From: Paraspadella gotoi
Lineage: Eukaryota > Animalia > Chaetognatha
Direction: 5' to 3'
Length of the DNA stretch: 64,000 nucleotides
NCBI GenBank assembly: GCA_051294375.1
Contig: CM119266.1
Span: 14,237,463 to 14,301,462, forward strand
A model generated the notes under the pieces. The model saw only the letters and a list, made by a program, of their open reading frames with translations. It had not been told where the DNA came from and ran no database searches. Numbering within the stretch: the stretch's first letter is position 1; each line of letters begins with the position of its first letter. The position numbers and the translations under genes are program-made. This document shows positions 56,201-64,000 of this stretch, piece after piece.

Positions 56201-58511
56201 TCAAAAAAATAATCTTAAACACGTACTAATGAATACCGGAGTAATGAAATTTTCCAAATTTTTACAAACTTATCATTATTCAATTTATGTTTTTAAATTG
56301 TGGTGACAACCGAATTTAATTGAAGATAACGGACCCATGTCCGTAGATCTCCAATTAAATTTCGTTGTACCAACAATTAAAAACTTTTGTCTTTTTCTCT
56401 AAGTCCTAATAACAACGAAAACCGAAAGGTTTATTCGCAATTATATATTAAGTTTAATCCAAAAGTCTCACCTCTTGGCCGAATGGTCGGGCGCGACACA
56501 TAAAGCCAATAGTTTTTCTTTCTGCTCCATATCTTTTTCTTGGAGATCTCCTCTTTCAAAAATGTAAACATTTTTTGTTTTTTGACGAATTTCCCATGAA
56601 GTAATCCAAAAACTTGAGGATTACTCATGAATGATTTCTTGAAAAAGGTTTTGTTGAAACAAACAAAAGCGATCGTTCTTTATTTTATAAGAAATATAAG
56701 TGACTTAGGATGATCTTTTGCAGTGGCAAGTTGAACATTCTTTAAAAGACATTGCTTGAAAACATTTAGTAATGCCATCTTGCCTGTGAATTGACAATTG
56801 GTGGACTCTGGTATGGTGCCTTATTTTGTAAAGAGTCAAGTGGAGGCCTTAAGACCAAGCCAAGCCTGTCTAAAGTCAGGGGCTGGAAATATAGAGATAG
56901 CTTATTTATCTAAATGAATGAGAAATTTGTTATATGGATTGTTACGCAACTTTCAATAGGGAAGGCCGCCACCACATTAGTTAACAATTACCAAAACAGA
57001 AACCATTCATAACGAAAATTTTTAACACGAATATTTTTTTTTCATAGAATTTTTTGAACAGGTCAAATTCTACCAAAAGATTGTCAGGTCCAATATAAAA
57101 AATTCATTCATTATTTAAAAAAAATAATTCTATCGCGTAACCCTGAAGCTTTAGAAAGGTCTATGGTAAGTGTTAGAGACCTCAAGCGTCTTACCGAATA
57201 TACAACAAAACACACGTTCAACACAGACACCACAATAGGCGCTGCGAGCACCTGAAGCCCTCAAGGTATTATGATCAACCGAACAACGAGACGCCCCCCC
57301 CCACCAGGTTTCCAAAGAGACTTGTGTGCCCATCATTGGTTCTCCTGTGATTTCCATACTCTTTGCGCCATTTCGCATTCCTTATGGCCGAACATGAGAA
57401 TTATTTTGGGCAGGAGCGTTCTTGCTAAACCCACACCCCGTCGAGCCGGGCTGAAAATCAGCGGAAGTGGAAATTTAAATTCGCTCGGACGTATCACCCC
57501 GCTCTTATAACTACCCAGTGTGAATTCGCGACTCGTAAATCTGGATGCTCGTGCAAAGTCGGGCTCTTTCATCGATAGTTGCGAAGATAGAATCGATAAA
57601 AACACACCTCCAAACATCGTCGAGAAGCGATGACTATGGCCCACGATTCTTGTGCGCCTCTAGAATCGGCCGATCGGGAACGCCTATGTTTGGGACGGAG
57701 TAATCGCTGAAACAAAAATGACAAAGAATGGACACCCACACGTCTTATCAACAATATTGGTGGCACACCGCAACCTTACCAAATCTCGATCAAGATTTCT
57801 CTCGTCTTCAACTGGTTCAAGTTATCAATTTCCACCTGTGTTCCGTCATACGTGTGTCCTTACATTGTTGTCCTGTAAATAGTCAGGAACGTAGATTGTT
57901 ATTGTTATCGCTTTGGTGTATACTGTTGAGGAGCATATGACAAAATCAGTGTCGATTGCTCGTGGGGGATCTGAACCTTAGTCTCGTTTATATATAAAAC
58001 ATATAAATGCACCACACGGTGGTGAGCCGACTGAAAAAGAATTAAAATCCAAAAATTATTTTTCTCTCCTCAATAAATACTATAAGTCCAAATCTTAAAA
58101 GGCAAAATAGAAACTTTTTTCTCATATCACCACGTGGGTCTACCCAACCCCCGACAAATCCCTGGATACCTAAAGCTAGCTGGATTTTCCGATCCTCGCC
58201 CGTCTACATCTGCTGACGAAGAAGATAAGAGGTCTTCAACATGGCCATTCACCGAGAAGCGCTTAAATCCGATCGGCCACTGCGCGCGGGACGAGACGTT
58301 CCAAGCGCCGACGCGCTCCACCAAATGACTTGGAGACAATCGGCCTGAGTTGCCTAGTACTGCATGCAAGGCAATATAACGGGAAATGTTGTGCGACAAA
58401 TAAATTCCTACATCCTCAAACACAAAACTGCAAGCCTAACATTCAAACGAATCTGCCGGCCATAATGGTTGATAAGAAGAATGGCCCTGGACAGTCGCTC
58501 CCTGTTTCACA

Positions 58512-61500
58512 ATGAACGCCGCGGTCCTTCCTCGTCCGCAGGACGCCGAAGGCTGCCAACCTTCGACGCGACTAACATTTGAGGATGTGATCCTGGCGGC
58601 AAGACACTTGCTTTGAGGTGGGCCGACGTCCCATCGAATGACGCGCACCAAAAAAGCTCAGCCGTCCTCGCGGCAATCCCGACGGAGACGTCAACGCGCC
58701 ACCTTTGACTTACAATACCGCCATGGACAAATCCTCCCGGGGCTTACGCCGCTCTTACAGCCCACTCTCCGAAGCATCTGACGGCGATGCCGAGCCCCAG
58801 AGAGCGGCCAGAAAACTTCTTCTCAGGAATGACTTCCTCTAAAAGGGAGTACAACCCTCTCCATACATCTTGCGCCTTGAACGCAACGCTCAAGGCCTGA
58901 AACCTGTTGAGACTCTCATGCCGGGCTCTTGCCTGGTTTCTTTCTTCTACCGTCTCTGTGCGAGACCATGTCTGAATCAAACTGAGAGCTCCGCTTGACG
59001 ATGTGGCGCAAGACTGCCAACGAACTTTCTACACTCCCTGCAGGGAAGCCTGCGTAATCAGGCACACCCGGCGTTGGTTAATTGCAGTTTTCATTCACCA
59101 GAGATCCTGTTGACAGAGGAACTGGACTGAGAACGCATCGGCCTGCCAGCAAGGAGGTTTTTGGATGATCGACTGCAGGCCTGCTCCTGACTTCCATATG
59201 CCACGCCCGTCAAACCGAACATTATTCTATCAGACCGCCACTGTTCATCTCGCCTCACGTGAATCAAGCAGCAAGCCCGACCACGATCGCCATATAAGAG
59301 CACGACTCATCCAAGATTACTGTTCCGCAGCCGACCTGCTTCCATATGGTGAAGAAGAAGTGCGGTCTATCACTTTTTGTCTTAGTGGGCTCCAAGGCGG
59401 ATAAATGTGACCGGCCCTCCCTGGCCAGAGTGGGTCCAAATCGGAAAACGTCTTCGCCGGCCGGCCGCTAGTCGCTCCGCGTCCGCCGGCCGGAAATTCT
59501 TCTTATATCTTTTCTTCCTGCGCGACCCTAGATGCTGGCGTGGAGTGGGTCTCGGTCGAACGGGTGGCTCGGAGGAACTCATATTGATCCTGCAACCGAA
59601 CTCCGACCATCCGGCGCAGCAAGGCGGCAACCGATTCCAGCCGCCGTCAAAGCAGCTCTCCGCGAGCAGCAAATTCCCAACACTTCCACGCGCGCAAACG
59701 ACACAACCCATCGAAATTTATGGCGATCAAGGATATTGCAAATCCGTTAGGCAAACCCGAAGCTTTACCCCCATACACTGTCGCAATTCGCAGATGTTCG
59801 CACGCAATCGCCTTGGTGCAGGATTTTTTTTGATGGAGTTCCACCTTGGCTGTCGACGCACGGTGACACCGCTCCTGCTCGATCTTAGAGCGACTTCACA
59901 GTCATCCACTGGGCCACTGCCACCGGGAAATGTCACTCCACTGATCCTCCTCGCGTCACTCGTCGCTCGTGACGCAATACTCTGCTTTCACTAGACGAAC
60001 GGCGCAGGAAACTCAACCAACTAAGTCTTTAAATTCAGCAAGCCACCTCCAAACATGGTGTCGAACACCAAATCCAACAAAAAAGGCCCACCTGTTCAAC
60101 GTCCCCGCGCCCGACGCCTTGCTCCCGACCAATGGCTGCTGCCAAGGCAGAATTCCCAAAAATGGAAGAGCCTTGGAAATAATGCGTCGTTCAACCATCA
60201 TCCTGGAGCCTTCTCCAACTTCCACGTTGTCCGCAAGCCTGAGTGGCTTCTTTAAGGCCATGTGCCGGCGACTTATCGCGTCTCAATTGTGCTATCAAAT
60301 AGATGACCCGCTTACCATTCCATTCGATCCTTACTAGATTTTCAATGTGCGGCTGTGAGGAAATAACTGTCTTCTCAAAAATTCGATCCTCTGTAAGGGA
60401 TACCCATCAAGATCCCCTGTAACGAAAGGGACTCGACAACAGACGGCAATCAATTCACGCGTTTGGCTTGTGGGAAATTCAATTTCATGCCATCGGCTTG
60501 ACAACGCCGCACAAGATATTTCACAACGAATGATGGATAGGGTCCGGCTCAATGAATTCAAGACACGTGTTTGTCCTATTTGGGACGAACCTCCTCGTTC
60601 GGCATCAAAACTGCACATGAGGAATCAGCCTTCTGAAGACCTTCATAGAGAGTCTTCAACACAACTTGCCGGACATACGGTCCTTGTGGTCAATCGTGCC
60701 AAATGTGTGTATCGGACGCATCAAAGGCTTGGAATTCACTGGGATATCATAGTCAGTTGGCATGGCGTCAGTCCCTCTTACGCATCAAAAGTTGATGCAA
60801 TACGCAACAGTGGCCCACGGCCCACATCACCCAAAGGAGCTTCAACGCTTTAATAGGCATGGTCCAACTACTATCGCGCTTCGTTCCGAAATGCGCCGAG
60901 GCACATGCACCTACTCCTTGGAACTTCCTCAGTGGGAAAAACGCGAACGGTTCTTCCATGGGAAAGGCCAAAGCAGGATATAGCTTTCCAAACAATCAAA
61001 GTATGCTTGGCTGATGCAACCATGTTTAAGTCCACCGCAGTTGAATGCGCTCCTCTCTCCCTCTGTCGATTACCTTCCGAAACATCGCGTTGGCGCGCCG
61101 TCCTGGAGCAATCCGTCAACTCTTCATGGCAGCCCCTTGGGTTTTTCTCCAAGCGCCTCAAGCCGGCTCAACAAAGTGGCACTCCATTTTGACAAGGAAC
61201 TCCTTGCAGCTCAACACGCGCCATCTGCCACTTCGGCCCACATCTCTGAATGGTCTACGGTTTCCTTTGTTTATAGTGATCTCTATATCCTCACTAGTCC
61301 AGCGCTCCGTAAAAAGGCAGAAACCGCACACAATGCGGTACTAAACACTTATCAGCTTGCGGTATTAAGCAGAGTTCACGGCGACATAACGAACCATTGC
61401 GGGAATAAGTCAATGTCGTCGCGGACACCTCTCACGACCCTCCGCGGAAACACCCAACAACTCCAGAAAAATATCAGAGCCAGAATGCCTACCAATAAGC

Positions 61501-62275
61501 GCGCTAAAGGACGATGTAATCGCATTCAGTCAATGCAATTGCTTCCCTCAGTGTGAAACCTGGAAGCAATGGCAGCAGACAGGCAACAGACAACGACGTC
61601 CAAGGACCTTCTCCACAATCACCAAACTGGGCCTAGAACTAAAAACGATCCTCTCATCGGAAACGATCCTCTCATTTGCGACCACTTCCCGGTAAATCGC
61701 TCCGCATCCTCTCGCGTCCTCTCGTCTCCAGCATCACCCTGGCGCCGCCGTATATTCGAAGCAACCCTAACTTGGCACACCCTGGAATTAGGCATCCTCC
61801 AAAAGCCTTGTTTCAAAGGTTCGTCTGGCCTCTGTTTCCCAGTGACCGTTGGCGGTGGGCGGCCGCCCTGTGAGCCTGCCAACTCGCGCCAAATAACAAC
61901 GTCATATATTCGAACGCTCTACGCAGTTTGAGCCTCCCTCACGCGCGCTTCGCCCACATCCAACGTGGACACATTCGTTGGACCCACTCCCCCGCCTCAG
62001 TAACACCCCACCTCCTGCAATACATTGACCGTTTAACAAGGTGGCCCGGAAGTAGCGCCACTTGTCGTGGATACATCCGCCGGCATCAATAGCCACCCGC
62101 CTTCCTTCTATAACTGGGTTTCACGCTTTGGGTCCCGCGTCGTAACTACTGATCGAGGAGCACATTTACCTTCGGAACTGTGGGCGCCAAGATGGCCGCA
62201 GTAGTAGGTTTTGGATCCAGCACACTACCACAGCATACCATCCCTCAATCACAAGGCATGGGGTAGAAAGACTGC
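58512..62275 (+). mobile_element. Ty3/Gypsy LTR retrotransposon gag-pol, frameshifted and truncated in integrase
   Basis: Fragments in PR-RT-RH-IN order across frames. Gag-like start MNAAVLPRPQDAEG; protease region FFLRDP..PIEIYGDQ..LGAGFFLMEFHL; RT FHVVRKP, PCAGD, NAAQ..QRMMDRV; RNase H VLEQSVNSSWQPLGFFSKRLKPAQQ..FDKELLA; integrase RFAHI..DI.GPLP, WVSRFG, TTDRGA, TTAYHPQSQGM. LTRs not delimited. Confidence 0.9.
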
Positions 62276-62554
62276 GGTCTCTCCTCTCTTCTCTCTCTCT
62301 CTCCTGTGTTTGCTATAACATATGAACGATATTACTATGAATTAACGCGGATAGTCGATGTTATCCTCAGCACCACAAAAAAAACCTTACCATTGACCAC
62401 CACCACCCCCAGCCCTTGAGAGGCGTCGGACCCTCAGAAGCGGCGTCCACTCGAAAAAGTCAATCCTCGCGGACGTCGCCGCGAAAAGCCATCATTCGCC
62501 CTCGTTCGTTGTTTTTGAGACTCAGGCGTCCGACGTCGATCATTTTATTTTAGG

Positions 62555-62860
62555 CTTTTTTGATTGGCCAAGCGCTCGCGCTTTCCGCTTTTTTCATTGG
62601 GCAAAAATAAAACTGCTTTTCTTTGTTCCTGAACGTCACCATTTCCAACCTCGGTCGGTGATTGGCGCGTCGCTCGAAACCTCGTAGTCTGATTGGCTCC
62701 ATTCCCTCTTCGTACTCCGCTTTCCTCTCACTCCCTCTTCGACGGTGGCGCTCTTTCAGCCGTCGATCCTTAATTGGCTTCGCGAATCAACGGCGGCGGG
62801 ACGCCATTGACGTGAATGTGATCCAATAATTGAGTGGCCGAGGGTTGGCTTTAAATCGTT
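62555..62860. promoter_or_regulatory. CpG-rich multi-CCAAT (NF-Y type) promoter with E2F/CHR-like motifs
   Basis: ATTGG at ~62563, 62596, 62661, 62692 and 62773, CCAAT at 62823, TTGGCGCG (~62662), TTCGCGAA (~62779), GGCTTTAAA (~62847). A minus-strand candidate first exon ends at donor AATG|GTAAGG near 62390. Confidence 0.55.
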
Positions 62861-63793
62861 TCCGCAAAGGGGCCGTCGTCGACGGTTCGAGACGGGCGAG
62901 GGGGAGAGGGGGAGGGAAAGGGGGGGTGTGGTGGATGTTGTCGTCGTTGTTCTTCGTCAGCGTTTGAGAATTGTTATTGATCTTGGCACTTTTCTATTTG
63001 AAACTGACCTAATTGAGGAATTCACAGACTCGCAGAGATTGAATTTATAATTTTAACAGAAGGCGAGAATTATATTATTATTGTTCTATTTGACGTAGGT
63101 AAGTAACAAATGAATGAACCGAGGCATGGACATATTACCGTCGCGGTTCAAATAGAATCTGTTTTCAAAAATAAGCTTAACATGTACAAAGCGTCATTGC
63201 GTTACGGTTCCTCATGGTTCGTTTTTATTTTCGGATTAGTCGGAAAAGTCAACATATATAAAATGTTAATCTTAATCTCAAAGAAAGTCAATAATTAGAG
63301 AAAATAAAGAGTAGCTTTTGATCATCACCGGTCAACCTAGTAGTCTTTCCTCCGCTCCTTGATGTTGCGGCAAGTGACGTGTCCGGACAACTCTTTCGTC
63401 AAACAAAGGGGCAGCTGCTGAATCCTTGTCTTCTCCTCTTCCCATCTCATTTTCTCTCCCACTCCTTAATAGAAAAGAGTTGATTTATTATTGAAATTGG
63501 TACAACCAATATAAAATTCAATAAATAAGCTGTATTTGGACAGGCTATGGTGGTTTAAGGCCTCCTTCACACTTACAAGATAATAACAAGCTTTCAATCA
63601 AAAATCTCTCACAGTCTCGTTTATTCACTCCCAGAGTACCTGGCTTTCCATATCAATGAAGTGGTATAAGGTTTAAAGAAAAGTTTATTAATACAAGNNN
63701 NNNNNNNNNNNNNNNNNNNNNNNNNNNNNNNNNNNNNNNNNNNNNNNNNNNNNNNNNNNNNNNNNNNNNNNNNNNNNNNNNNNNNNNNACAAC

Positions 63794-64000
63794 CTTCGAT
63801 ATCGTATTCGCGATTCTCCGGCGCCGGCACGCCCTCTTCGATCCACCACTGGCGCCCCTTCTTGGCGGCGCTACCCCCGATCTTCCGCTCGGGTTTGCAA
63901 ATTAGGCGCCCGAAAGTGTCGAAGGCGATTTTGGGCACTTCGATCTTGGGGCCGATCACGGGGCAGACTTGGCAAGGGCCTGGATGGTCCGAGGGTTTGG
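63794..64000 (-). CDS. Internal coding exon of an unidentified minus-strand gene continuing beyond the window
   Basis: GC-rich open frame PNPRTIQALAKSAPVIGPKIEVPKIAFDTFGRLICKPERKIGGSAAKKGRQWWIEEGVPAPENREYDIE ending at GAAG|GT. Possible terminal exon near 63328-63440 (RWEEEKTRIQQLPLCLTKELSGHVTCRNIKERRKDY*). No family recognised. Confidence 0.5.

Noticed and set aside
57140-58200. 5' LTR and primer-binding site of the Gypsy element (TGGTGGCAC at ~57757; TGGTGAGCCG at ~58020)
   Set aside because: No second LTR in the window to confirm boundaries, and the candidates are ambiguous.

Overview
Metazoan nuclear DNA with short spliceosomal introns, most likely from a spiralian, since it carries a xenopsin-type opsin. 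The first ~19 kb is clean and holds three + strand multi-exon genes. (1) An uncharacterised protein with a probable N-terminal TM helix, tandemly duplicated acidic exons, a coiled coil and a C-terminal domain resembling the dynein microtubule-binding domain; it appears to use two consecutive GC-AG introns. (2) Csk tyrosine kinase (SH3-SH2-kinase). (3) A 10-exon xenopsin-like opsin with K296, E181 and D113. Two copies of a ~257-bp tRNA-related SINE-like element lie in introns, and a small MITE lies downstream of the opsin. From ~20 kb the assembly is low quality (N gaps, indel-rich raw-read-like sequence, many GA/CT tracts, several fold-back duplications). This part contains an ODF3/SHIPPO-repeat gene in redundant copies, a ~3.15-kb long-TIR element seen as both filled and empty sites, two candidate promoters (X-box/CRE and multi-CCAAT) and a frameshifted Ty3/Gypsy element. 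All family assignments come from manual translation and recalled motifs; no database searches were run.
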